NCBI GenBank assembly: GCA_030141605.1
Contig: JAQGDQ010000058.1
Coordinates: 343,852 to 407,851 of the forward strand
Origin: Tubiluchus corallicola
Lineage: Eukaryota; Animalia; Priapulida
Direction: 5' to 3'
Length of the DNA stretch: 64,000 nucleotides
Shown here: one piece after another, positions 1-62,629 of the stretch
Layout of the letters: every line of letters starts with the position of its first letter
Position numbering within the stretch: position 1 is the stretch's first letter
Notes under the pieces: model-generated
Seen by the model: the letters and a program-made list of their open reading frames with translations, nothing else
Database searches by the model: none
What the model was told of the DNA's origin: nothing
Position numbers and translations under genes: made by a program

Positions 1-303
1 ATAGTGCCTTTTGAAGATGACGACGATTAGTTCATTATGATCGATTTTGTAGTCTTAGTGATTTACATATTTCTGTTTGCTGTGCATATGATTTATGCTG
101 TCTTTTCATTAAAGAACTAATGCCATAACGGATGTGGAATTTGTGTTTCAACAAGTTGGAGCAAGTCTGTGTTACAGTTACTGTAATATTAATATTTGAC
201 ATTTAAAGGCTCCAAAAAATGTATAACTTGCTAGTTCTGGGCAGATGATGTCTGTGATCTTTTTGAAAGTATCTTATGCTTTAAAACTTATTTTAGGAGG
301 ACA

Positions 304-49322
<49,019 letters not shown>

Positions 49323-51086
49323 CAACTGCAAAACATCACATATTTGAAAGCTGCTTTAACTGATGATGCAGGGTGATTTAATTTACTTAAATTTAACAGG
49401 TCACTTTTATCATTTTCTGAAAGTATTGAGCACTTTGTCTATTTTTGAAAGCAGTAAAATTTGATCAAAATTAGGCTTTGTTGTATGATATTAATTATTT
49501 TGTTATTGTAATATAGTATTATTGTCAAAATATGCCCCCATGGTGTCTGGACAATCCAAGTTAAAGCCTTGTCTATGAAAGAATAAAAACTGTTAGGTGC
49601 ACAGAAACTACAAGCTGCATTTTTTGATACCCCATTAAAACATTATCATGAAAGCTTGACATACCATTTGCTTTTAACTGCAAGCATGTTAACAGAATTT
49701 AAAATTTAATATGCAAATGCAGCTTTTGATACACACTTGCTTCAGCCAACTGCAAATAGTGTGCAAAACGGAACACTGTAGGTCATTAATATGGTTCACT
49801 CCCACAATTTCTGTGTGTTTGTGGCTGTCTTGTACCTGTAATATTACTTGTTGCTCAAGTTTTTATGGTTAGTTAACATACCATGATATCATAGTTGTTG
49901 TGGTTTGTTAGCTCTCTATTGCTTTTGGCATTTAAGTTCTTGTGGTACATTAATGCTTCTGGCGTTTTTTAAAACGGATGAAATTCGATTTAATACTTTC
50001 ATCTCTGAGATTCATTCAGTTTGCCATTTTCTAGTTTTGAACCTACAGACAGACACGGTTGTTTTTATACTATTATAAAGTGATTTTTTTGTGTGTTTAA
50101 ACTAATCCTGGATATCAACCACTATAGATGATAAATCACATGGATTGTTCATTTGTGCAATGGCAGCTCATGTATAGGCACTGTGGAACTGCAGCATCCT
50201 TTATTTTCACTCGATAATATTCAATATAGTAAGTTTTTTCTTTAGTTCTTTCTTTATACTTGTCCGGAGCATGTGAAGGTAGTACTGTTTGCTTCACAAC
50301 CAGCACAGTGTGCTACAGCATCACGGTGTTTGGCTGTTGTGCGCGTGTGTTGCGCACGTCTGAACCCGGGTAGAGAAAGTACTGTCGCTCACACAGTTTG
50401 TTGTCAGTTGTCACGTGCTTACTGTGAAAGGATCAAGCTTGAACTGCACCAATTTAGGCTATTAGTAAGCAAAAAATATGTTTTTGTTTAGGATTTTATC
50501 AAGTTTATGCACAAACTTTTACTTGTTTGTTTGTTTAAAATTATAACATTAAAATTTCGCATTTGTTTCATTTTACACAGTATTGAAACAATTGCTAAAA
50601 ATTTTCTGAAGCAGCACCCCCATTATGAGCCGCCACTGCTTGTAAAATTATGCTATACTATGTCGCAAAGCAGCTTAAAGCGATGTTTTACCTGACAGGA
50701 ATCTGGAATCTGTTATGCGTTGTTAATGTGTGCAATAAATAAAAATCACTTTATATTGTTTCAGCACACCCATTTGCCAAACCAGCATTACATTTCTTCA
50801 GTAACTATTCGTATTAAATTGCTTATATGCAACTCGGTATGCAATATCGCATAACACAATGGGAATGTCTGGCCAACTTCGCTTAATGGCATGTAGTTGT
50901 TTGAACCATAAAATTAGTAAAAAATCATTGAATTTAAATGTTCAAAAAAGGTGTTTTAGAATGAAGGTCTTTGCATTACCTGTTACAAATTTTGTAAATA
51001 TTGTATAGAAGCTGTTTATGCCTGTATTTTTACTGTCTTGTAGTATAATTCTTTCTGTAAATTGCATTTATTTATATCGTTTTAGC

Positions 51087-51092
51087 AATAAA
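51087..51092 (+). terminator. Candidate distal polyadenylation signal of POLE
   Basis: AATAAA at the end of the T-rich tract downstream of the stop codon. Alternatives at 49582 and 50734. Confidence 0.4.
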
Positions 51093-51140
51093 CAAAAAAA
51101 TCGCAAAAAGTATTGATTACAAGCACTCACAATAATTTGT

Positions 51141-51146
51141 TTTATT
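51141..51146 (-). terminator. Candidate distal polyadenylation signal of the XKR gene
   Basis: TTTATT on + (AATAAA on -) at the point where strand composition flips from T-rich to A-rich. Confidence 0.4.
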
Positions 51147-53025
51147 CGCACGTTCCCAAATAATAGTTACATGTACAAGCGAACATTTACACTGACCTGA
51201 TAGTACATTAAAACAAAACAAAAATTTATTTCTTTTTCCTTCAAACCACGATTTTCATACGGCTATGATTGTCTTATGTTCTATACAAAAAACACAACTG
51301 TAAATGGTGTCTAATAACAAACAGTATTTTGCGTAAAAAATATAAGCTTGCTTAGGACAACTAAGGGTTGGCTCACACCAACAGCAGTGGACATTATATT
51401 TTCACTTTAAACATCTTCCTCTAATTATTACAAAGTATACTATAGAAGCTTTGAGGCACCTACAAAAATATTCAATGCATGAAAAGAAACCCAAGGTGGA
51501 AAAAATTCCGGTCGGACAACACTGCTACACAATAATAATCAGTCAACAAGTACACAATCTTAGACACTTGCATTCAATACATAAATCTGAATTTACAGCA
51601 CAAACATTATTTCCTCGCTATTCAGATGCTCAGCTACAAAATATAGATGTTTATTAAGAACTTTTTTTAATAATGACCAAAAAATTAAACTGCAATGACA
51701 ACTAGTATGACTTTATGATTAGTGAAAATAATATGATTGTGACACTAATTAAATATAAACAAGGCCGCTAGTTTCTTAATGCCAAAGACTAAGGAAATCA
51801 TTTGAGATGAAATAATGGAAAATTAAGAAGATACAAGTTAAGTAAAGATGGCTGTAATTGAAGCAGCATTGTCAAAATTATTAATGTTATGCTGCAGTTT
51901 TGCTTACACCAATTTCCAATCAACACTGCTACATTGCTAGACACACACAGTAACCAAATGCCTCATTTTTTACATTAGCTTGTATGTCAGTGATGATATA
52001 CACACCAGTAATAATCATCGTAGCTCTACCCTACACAAGACAATGTACTAACAAACACAACTGAAAAAATCATTTTCTCTTATCCACGCCTAATATCACG
52101 ACAAGACTAGAATAAAATATGCCGAACACACCTCAAGGCCTATTAGCTGTTGGAAACTTTGCCGAACTGTTTCTTATTTCTCATGTATGAAAGCATCATA
52201 TTATGGGCCTTTTTATACAATATACATTATCAAATAACTTTACTAAAAACATATCAAATATACATTAGATGCGAAAATGTGCCAAAAATTAGCAAAACGT
52301 GCCAACTTGCCTTGGGGAGGTAATTCACCCTGTGGTAGCATACTTGACAAATTTCATCTCTAGAGGATACAAAAGTGCAGCAACAAATAGGAAAACAGTG
52401 GAAAAGCGATTATGCGCTAACCTGCTGCATGCACGGTTAATTAGACATTTGGCTCAAAGGTAGTTGGAAGGCTACTGGAACTCAAGACCATATACAACAC
52501 TACACATTTGTATTAACAAACTGATATCTGCTGGGCAACATGAGTGCACAATGAACTTTCAATTTCCTAAATACAAACTTGTGATTAAAATACAAAACAC
52601 ACATTTTCTAAATAATAACAAAGTGTAATATGTATAGTGTATACAACATGTTACAGCTAAGGCCTATAAATTTGCTTTTACATTAATAGATATAATAATA
52701 ATATATCAAGTAAAGGAACAAGTCTTGGCATACATTTGTTACATCTTTCTGTACAACAAAATACTTGCACATAAAAGATACATTCGGCATGATGGAACTA
52801 AAACTAATCAAGTCCCAACACATGCACCTTTAATAATGAATGGCAAGATTTACTTAGGGCAGCCAATATAAAAGGAAATATGATTACTAGCGTGAACATC
52901 CAAACAAGTGCTATGTACAAATGTAAATTAATTTCTTTATACAGTTCACACCTTGGTACAATGCACATTTATAACGTTCACATTTTTATAACACATTACA
53001 CTTGAAAGTCCAGAATTTGTATAAC

Positions 53026-53045
53026 ATATATATATATATATATAT
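53026..53045. repeat. (AT)n microsatellite
   Basis: About 10 AT units. Confidence 0.85.
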
Positions 53046-53459
53046 GATTTACAGCTTAACGAGTATTGCTTTATTTCAATATGAATGTCATAAGTTATAT
53101 AGCAACCCAAAATGCTTAGTTTGTAGACAGTGCAGCTAGAAATATGTCAAAATGCAATGCCTGTTTCTCATAAAGCAGAAATAACTGAAATGTAATATAA
53201 AATGGTAACCTCCAGCAGACATATCTAGTAACCCAGATATCAAAACTGAATGGATAAAAGATAATCATACCTTTCTATGCGATATTATAAGGTTTCACAC
53301 CCTAGAAAGCTCTCTTTAAAGTGCTTGAAGGACAAAAACACATATTTTCAGTTAAAAATGCAGTATCACGAAATTTGCTACAGTATTACAAAAACTCTAT
53401 TATAATTTGAAGTTTTAAAAAAATTATAAATGTATGTATCTATTTTGCACTCATTTAAA

Positions 53460-54315
53460 GGTATTTAGTTTTAGTTTTACGGCATTCCAATTGACGTCAA
53501 ACATATTGGTCTATTGCTCTGCCTCTGCTGTGACGAAAGCACGCTCAGCGGCATTTGGGATAACAGCTCATGCTGGACAACAACTGTCTAAACTAAACTA
53601 AACTAAACAACATGACAGTCACAACTAATGTCTAATCAGCAGATATACTGATTGCACTTTACATAAACACAAATTTGCAGAGCAGCAGCTATTTTTACAC
53701 GAAATTAACACTCCACGTAGCCAAAAAACGACATTTCAATTTAAACAGAATGTAGAGACGAAGTTTCAAAACACTACAAATACATAGACATGAGTATAAT
53801 AAAGAAACTAAGCCAGTTAGCCTTGCTTTACAATAAATGAGCAACAAAAACATCAAGTCTCTCTTGCCTTTGAACATACGAACATCATGCCTGCAATGTA
53901 TTTTTCTACATTAATTGATCTTGTGCTCGTCTGCAAGATTTTTTCAGTTTTTGTACTTTTCCGTTTGTTAGGCCACGGAAATGGAATAAATTGGATTGAT
54001 CCATTCCATAGATGACCCTTATATACAATGCCCGAGTGACATTGGCATCTGTTACCCATGGTTATAACACATTTGAAATTATTTTGAATGTGAAGATCTC
54101 ATTGAGGTTTATAAAAACTGGCCAGAAAAGAAAACACTTTGTTTTGTCCTTATTTAAAGTTAATCAAATAGTTGTTTTTATCTAACTTGCAAAGCCGTAA
54201 ACTAAACTAAACTGCGGCAGGGTTGTGCGAAATAACTTGCACGCTGATTGGCAGTCAGTCAACGAAAATGACTGACATTAGGTTAGACGTCAATTAGCAA
54301 TAAGAAATAGACCGT
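53460..54315. repeat. Decayed repeat with (TAAAC)n blocks and inverted motifs, downstream of the XKR stop codon
   Basis: tttagttttagttttacggc (about 53464) versus gccgtaaactaaactaaact (about 54196); aattgacgtc versus gacgtcaatt; ggtctatt versus aatagacc. Confidence 0.4.
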
Positions 54316-55625
54316 AGCAAGGTTGAACTGTATACAAAATATATAGACAAATAAAATATGGAACGATACTTCAAGCATTTTAATATTAATAGGTTAATTA
54401 GCAATATCAATGGTTTGGTAGTGTGTTACACAACAAATACAATATATTGCTGAAGTCTACTTTACTATTCCCAATTATTCAAGTAGGTAAATAGTAATGT
54501 ACTAAAGAAGACTCTAGAAAAATTGTTGACTATAAATGACAATAAATGACTTTTGACACTCTCTAAAATTGCACTAAAAATCAGGCTATTTGCATAAATA
54601 TTTATTGCTGACAAAACAATTTCAACGTTTAGTATGAAAAGCACCCATGCTAAGCAGACAAAGGCAACTATCAACAACTGTCCGTATTGGAAGCCATATG
54701 TACAGCAGAAATTATTTGTTGATAAACTAGAAGTATAAGCTCACTGTAGCAACAATAACACATTCACTCACATATCAGACTCACCAATAGGTTCTCGTTT
54801 AATAATGTGTCGACTAGCAATAATAAAATTTTACTACACATTTTCTAAACTTCACCCTTTTCAACCTTTCTTGAAACAATAAAACTTCTCCAATCCTGTT
54901 GCGAAGTTGTCATTTAAAACATACCTGTAACATAAAATCTACCATACTTACGACGTATATTGTACAGGCCTAAACAGCTATTAGTCTTACAAACAACTGC
55001 TCTGTTTCATTTTTTTGCAATGCACTGCATGGAACTTAATTGTTGACGATCTAGCTGCTACCGGATGCCAACTCAGAACATTTCTTAATTATAATGATAA
55101 TACTTTGCAAGTGTACAATATGCTAGCTATTAATCTATATTTCAAGGAATGTGATTGTACATCACTACTTTACTAATGATTTTTTTGTAATTTTAAAGAA
55201 CGGCCATTAGGGAAATGCATGACTCACTGTGCAGTAGGATTGTTGATACTTTCTACAATTCCTTTAGTTTACAACTCATGTGTTTTTCCTAGCAGGCTGA
55301 ATTTGGCAAACTTACAAACACCGCGTATTTGGACAGTCACCTCGAACAAATAATTTTTCCCAAGAGAGGATGATTATTCACACTTAACATGGCATTTTGC
55401 TGGACTGCATTATCAATGTTAAATGAGGACATACTGTTTCATAGCACATTTACTAATGAGACATACTTAAAACTAGACATGAATGTTTATAACCTCAGCA
55501 TTGCAACTCAAAATATTATTTTACAACTCTTACAACCGTGCAAGATGACAAATGTGCAAGGTTTATTCACAAAGGCTAACTGAAAATAAATATAAATTGC
55601 TATTGTCTTACATTTCTTAATACTG

Positions 55626-58600
55626 TCAACATGGATTGTTAGCCATCTCTTTCATTTCTAAATTGATTTCGTCTGTCTCATCAATGCCATATTGCTGAGC
55701 GACTGAAGGTGGTGACGTTGCAGAAACCTGTGATGGTCGAGACGATGTCTGCACTGGTGTGCTATGCGATGTCTTCCTGGACGGTGAGGGTGTCACCCCC
55801 ATTTCTCCGGCATAACGTCGCTTAATGCACAGGACACCGTCGATATTTTCTTTATTAGGATGAAACCACCAATAGTATATTAGCATCCAAATGACACCTA
55901 TCCAAAACACACCTAGCACCAGGACAAGAGATGGTACTTTGTACCATTTCCATTCTTTGACAGTAAAGTACCAGACTAATATCATCATAGCATTTTCTAC
56001 ATATACAACAAAGTAATACAGCAGGTACCGACTACGTGTTTTGCCCTCACTGACGTTAAAAAAGCAGAAAATATACATAATGCCAACGACCAAGTCAAAG
56101 AACTTCTCGTCGCAGCCATTTGCTTCACCACAGAAGTGAGTCTTTTGCAACATGATCCACAAGCTCATCAGAGCCCAATGCACACCACAGACAACAAACA
56201 CTTGCCAGTTGAAGTGCGTGGCGAATAGCGCCAGTGCTACAACTCGGCACGCAATCGTGCAGAAACGCCAGAGAAACTGCAACGCTGCACCTAACAGTGA
56301 CATGTTCTCTTTATTGTGAAGTGATATTCGAAGAGACCTGTGATATGATGCTAAAGCCCAAGAAAGGGACAGCAGAGAAAATATGCAGCTCACAGCTTGT
56401 ACGGTTTCTGAAATAAGAAAAAATGGTGTAAAACAATCACGAATGATAATGACAGATTCCGTGTAAGTCATAGATTCGTTCAGAACCTATTTTTTCTCTT
56501 TGATCACAGTTTTTCGCAAAAACAGCATGTGATGTATATGACATAAACTATCAAAGGCGCTTTTTGAAAGGCGAATTGAGGGTTGCTTTATTTACATGTT
56601 CCAGGACGAATGATTGAACTGAATAAGATGTGATTTTCTGGAGGTTTTCATATGGTTATCATTAGTCGCCTAATTTCTCAGCTAACATACATATAATATC
56701 CAGGTTAAAATAGAGGAAAAATTTCAAAATGTTAGAAATTAACCTATATTTGATATGGTTTGACATTGGACTTCAGCAATGCTCTGAATTTGTAGTTAGC
56801 CTCGGTCAACGGTAAAGACAATTCAAACAATGCAGAAAAATTAAAGCAGGCACAAAAGTGCACCAGGCGCTGCTAGAATAACCATAGCAAGCAGTAGGAC
56901 AATAGAAAAGATTTTCTTTTGCTGCAATTTGGATAGTTATTTAATAGCTTCTCAGTGTATTATTAGTAATAACATGCATTAGCAAGTTACTGTCCATCAC
57001 ATTATTTCCTATAGATAGCTTAATTTAACATTGATTCACTTAACATTGCGTTTTACTTGAAGCTTTGACCATATCAGTGACGATAAGACAGGATTTCCAG
57101 GTGGTGCATTTTTTCCACAAAATCCAAAATAGTAACCTTCAGCAACCTTTATACTTGCAAAATTACAACCTGCTATCATTTATTAGTGCAAGCTGCAAAC
57201 TCCATAATAAGTATGAGGCAGGCAATGCCAGACACTTAGTGCATAAAGGATAGAAGAAAATACAAAGACATCAAAATTGTAGGAAATGCCATGCTGATAG
57301 TGATAACTATTATTGATATGGTGCACTTAGAATGTTCTACGTCTTCAAGCAATTGCAGGTTTTTGAAAATTCCCCTGTCAATAATTTATTTCCTGATTAC
57401 AAAGCAAGCCTGATCAATACTAATATACACGACAGTTATACAGCAGCTGAAGTGCAAGTTTTCTGTCAACAGGTTTTCTGCTCATGCTTAACTCTCTACT
57501 TTTAGTTATGTTGCAGCATAAATCTGGTTATATACTTATAATACCTTCAAGTTATTGCTATTTGTTAATATTTATCACATTTACTTGAGTTGTCATAGTT
57601 AAAATAATGAATAAATTTATGATTATCATAGTCATTACTAAAAATTCTTCAGAATTTGCATGTTCTACGGGCTACCTTCAGTGCTCAAATTGTAAAATTA
57701 GAGCAAGGTATGCTACAATACTGTTCGTGTTTCTTTAATAACACAGTTCACAATTTTGAAGACTGCTAAGCAAACATGTGAGACACAAACATGCATGCCT
57801 ACCCAGCCTAGTACAAAACTCAAACATATTTCTCTACATAATGATAATTGATAAAAACTGCATAATGATAGTTTGATGAGCATCGTAAAACTGACATATG
57901 CGAAAAAAACATGCTGTTAAATATCTTGCAACAATAGGAGAAATCTTGATTACTATACAATTTGGTCTTAATGAATGTTCTATTTAAGCTCAAATTTGCA
58001 GTTGTTATACGTTATGGGAAGTTAGTCATACATCTGCATTTATTTTTTAACAATCATATATACTGTATGCCCCCGTATACCCTCAATTCGAGCTTTGGTT
58101 GCCCTTTCAAAATGCTGATTTTAATCGTTGTTTTGTAATTTGCAATGAGCTTTACACACTTTTACAAAGCCAATGAGTCAACTAAATTGGCACTGTATCA
58201 AAAACAAGTATAAAGGCCGAGTGTTAAATAAAACAAGACCCCAGCTTACCACTGGCTTAAATATGAAACATAAATGCCAGTAATCTTTAAGCAACACAAG
58301 TAACACTTTACTACATCAAGAACTTTTTTCTACTACGAGATCTGATCACTCAGCAAGAACGGCTTCTTTGGTATCTATAATAAGCTGTTGCAAAAATTTC
58401 ACAGCCAAGAAAATATAAAATGCTGAATTCTGGCAGAAAATGTAAACAGACAAGCAGTGTACAATGTTTCTATTTTAAACTGATGTATTAAACTATTTTA
58501 ATATGACATTTTAAATGCTGTTGTGAAATATGAATAAGATGCCAAAAATTATTGTACAAGCATGTGTATACTTGCATTTCTTTAGCAAATAGAAAATTCA

Positions 58601-60236
58601 AAATGTGGCAGAATAAAAAAATCGATTTTGCTGTATGCAAATTCCAGTATTGCGCAGCATTGCTCTTGTAAACTAAAGTGGTGCAGTAAAGAAAAAACTT
58701 GTCTGATGTATGTGTGCACTGCACCCTGACACGTCCTTAGTGCCTGAGTGCAAGGTGATTAAGTGTAATCTACACAAACCATGCATGCATAAAGTACTGC
58801 CTAACTACCTGTTAAGACATCATCAGGCTGACCAGGCTGTAGATCAAGACCAAGAGTTGCCATGATGTACAGTTGCAGCACAAGCTGTGGTGCTGACTCT
58901 ATAAATGCCTCAAATAATCGTAACATGGTTGAATCAACATCCTCATATATTAGCAAATGATAATAGTATCTTTGGTGGGCTGGTGAAGGCTTGTACAAAA
59001 CTTTTATTCCATAATAAAGTGCATCTATGTACCTATAACAAATAATACTCAATTAATCAAGGTATAAATATATGACACCCCTTGAAAAGTCTGTGTACAC
59101 TCGCTACACTATACAGTTCAAAAGTGCATAAAGGTTTTTGTACACAATTAAAACAAATATGTAGAAAAAATCCATAAATAATTTATTATCTTAATCAACC
59201 ATTATTACATATGCAATTCTGTAGGCGTTAAGAATAGTTGAGTTGTAAAAAACAAATTAGTGTGTAATAATTCCCTTTCTGTAAATATTATGGAAATTTG
59301 AAATACCAGGGATCAATCAGAAAGTAAACTCTTAATGAGACAAGGAAACGTGTACCATTTGATGCTTATTCAGGGCTGAAAGCCTAAAACATATGAAAAA
59401 TAAAAGAAACTGGCTATGTTTCTCTCAATTATCCAAGCTAACCTGAGTAACCTCCAGCTTAGTCTGCATTGATAATCAAAAAGTACGAATAAGAGCAAAA
59501 TGTATTCTCGATGTATGGAAGGCCAATTGAGTAGTTACAAAATGGTTACAAAGTAGTTACAAATTGCAAATACAATACTTTCACTGGCCAGTGTAATAAA
59601 AAGGCAACCAAACAATTCTAACAATGTTAATGGTTTTATCGTTAAGAAGTAAATAATTGACAAAACAATGACTGTATCTGGCATGCATGCACCTTACTAC
59701 GTAAAGGATCCCCTCATGGCGCCACATGTACCATGGGACACGTTTTTGTATTTATTGACCCTTCTCCTTTAAGTTTAGCAGATATTGTATTTTCTGATAT
59801 TATTTACTATCCAGTGTTATTTATTATTTAAATTATTATAAATATTAACTATTTTGAATGTTATTTACCTAAGAATAGGTCCAAGTTGAAATACAAGAAA
59901 CACAATGCGCACTGCCCACTTCCACGGAGGAACTGGTAAAGCATCTGAATGTTTAGAATCTAGAAGATACCATCGTAAGCTAAACAACATCATGACTATA
60001 CTAGCAACTGCAACGAAACCAATTGTCAAATATGACCATACGGCATGACCATGTTTGTATAACAATACTGCAACAGCAATATCGGTTCCAATGTCAATTA
60101 AATAGCTAACAACGGACACAACGTCAGCTAGTAACCAAAGCCAGTTCACGTCAACTTTAGCATGTACGGAATCCGTAAAAGAACGAGCTTCGTGGGCATC
60201 TGGTGCCCCTTTTTGAGTTGTTTTCATGTTAGCCAT
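55626..60236 (-). CDS. XK-related protein (XKR4/XKR6-like phospholipid scramblase family), 3 exons, about 457 aa
   Basis: Exons on - strand: 60236-59869, 59032-58809, 56407-55626, with phase-consistent GT-AG joins (ILR|YID, LT-E|TVQ). XK-family motifs: YLIDIGTD, RLFEAFIESAPQLVLQLY, SLLSLSWALASY, WRFCTIACRVVALALF, FCFFNVSEGKTRSRY, YVEN, YYWWFHP. The start is uncertain: the frame is open to about 60302 and a tttcag acceptor lies at about 60311. Confidence 0.93.
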
Positions 60237-62629
60237 TATTATTTTCACATACAGCAGTTCTGCAAAACGTTTATCTTGACCACGGCAATTAGCTTTCTCC
60301 ACGACTGTGTCTGAAATTTTTTAGTCACGTTCTATAGAATTTGAGACCGAAGAATCAACCAATCAATTTGATAGAACTTGGCGTTGCGTAGGCAGCGGCG
60401 CAAAACGCCAAGTAGAAAACTGGCTTATAACAGTGAAGCCGTGAGCGATCGAATTCAAAAAGACATGGAAAATTCATATAATATGGAAGATGCTGACATG
60501 GTCAAGAATGCAAAATGAACTTAAAATCATTAGGACGTAATGGATATTGACAATTAGTTAACATGAAATAACTTGTGCACAAAAATGCATACTCTGGATG
60601 ACAACTCTCAAACAATTAAGCACAATTAAAACTTATTTCAATACAATGACATTCAATTATTATGGTGGAGAATTGGGGAATTGTTGGTGTTTGTTTGTTT
60701 GAGTTGATGATGAAGTATAAGAGTAAAGTGTTATTCTTTCAAAATACCTGAACTCCCGATAATAAATTTCAAGTTATCATGATCTCAAGTTTTTTTGTCC
60801 AGTACCAAGCCTCGCTCCATCACGTCAATGCCTCAAGGTCTGTAACTATACGATCTCTGTGTTGTTGCTAAAATGTTATCTGCTCTGTCACGATAGCTCA
60901 AGCCAGCACCTTGAACCACGCCCAAGGGACGTTTATGCTCAGTAGTAATAAGGAATTGCATTTCCTATCTGACTTACAATAATTCCACATCAACTATCCA
61001 ACTGACGTTTCTATATTATGATAGCCATATTTATTTTGGCAATGAGAACAGAACATAATTTAGCTGATGATATAAAAATAAAATAGTTACACGAGTTTTA
61101 CCTATAATCATTTTTTATTTGAAGTATTAAACAAAGAACATGGAGAGATACAAACTTAAGCTTTTGAGTTACCAAGATGGAATATTTGAAAGGTATGTGA
61201 ATGTATCAAATTAAGAGAAAATGAGAGAAGTATTTGAAGTTAAGCTGTATAAAATTATAGTGATGGTTGGATATGTAATTAAGTTTGATGATCAACGTTT
61301 AAATATTGTAAGTTAGGTATGATAACAAGTTTATCTTGGATGCAGTTCAAAATGGCGATCTGAGTTTTCATGATGCAGATGGATGTATAGCAGGAACTAA
61401 ATAAAACAACCAGCCTCGGGTTAAAAGGGTTGTGATCGTCCTAAAACATTGAGTGAGTGACTTCAGAGATATAAAAAGCTTGTTGCTGAGGTCAAGGATT
61501 TTGGACTTGAGAGAGAACAAATCACTGAAGTAAAACCAGCTTTAAATACAGAGGCAGCAGCAGACGTGGCTGAAATATTGAAGAAAACTGCAAATCTAGG
61601 TCAAGTCTCAAAAGACCCAGGCAGACGCTGGCACGAAACTACTTTATTCTTAGACATTTGAGAGATGAAGTCACTATTATAATACTTTAATTATGTTTAA
61701 CGTGTATTAGTCACATGTATAAATGCCATGCATATTGATGTTTATCTGCACTAAATTCTTGTAATCTTCACCCTTTCAGTTTGGTCTTATGTAACGTACA
61801 TGTACTAACACTAATATGGTATCAGATGCTAAAATCAAGCAACAACAAACATATAAAAACCCCAACTATTATAAAAATTGTTTCAAAGAAAATGTAAAAC
61901 GTCCACTATGCAAAAAAAGGACATGTATTGAAAATTGATGTAATGAGGAATATAATTATTACCAAACAGCAAAATGTTACATAGAAACACTATTAAATCT
62001 GCAAAGACAGATAATTTACAAAAAGTAATTAATTATAAATATAATTAAACTGCGCAAAAATCACTAAACAAAGAAGTTAAAGGAAAAGTAAGTGATTAAT
62101 GCCACGCACATTTTCTCTATTTAAAGAAGTTATTAATGTCTGTAAGTCTAGCAGAGTGGCATAATGAAGAGCACGAAGCACCGATGGCGTGAGCAGTGGT
62201 TTAATAAAGTCTAACAAACCGTGAATTTCAGAAACGCTTCCACTTCTTACTGCTGGCTGCTAAGCTCAGCGATGAAGAGCGATCTTGTAAAATGAAATTG
62301 TGAGAAAATTAATTTTTAATGTTAGGCCGAATGGTGACTAATGCTAAATATTTCAGAATATTAAACATTATGTTCGTGTTTCTGCTTCACAATAATAATT
62401 CACTAAATTAAGATAGATCAGTACTATAGCTGTGAAATCTGTGGATATAGTCGAAGTTTCCTATACCGGCAAAATTAGTAAGTATGTCTTAAAAATTTCA
62501 TGTCTGCATTTAAGCTAATTTTAGTCGTCTTATTTATAACTCGTTTTTTTTATCTGAAATCCGAAGCTCTTCAATAGTGGATCTTTGCTAAAAATACCCT
62601 TCAAAGTGCTAAATGTGGGTACGTCTCAT

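Noticed and set aside
61462-61533. Leucine-rich-repeat-like peptide ILDLRENKSLK
   Set aside because: A single short match bounded by stops; the alternative frame is open for longer.
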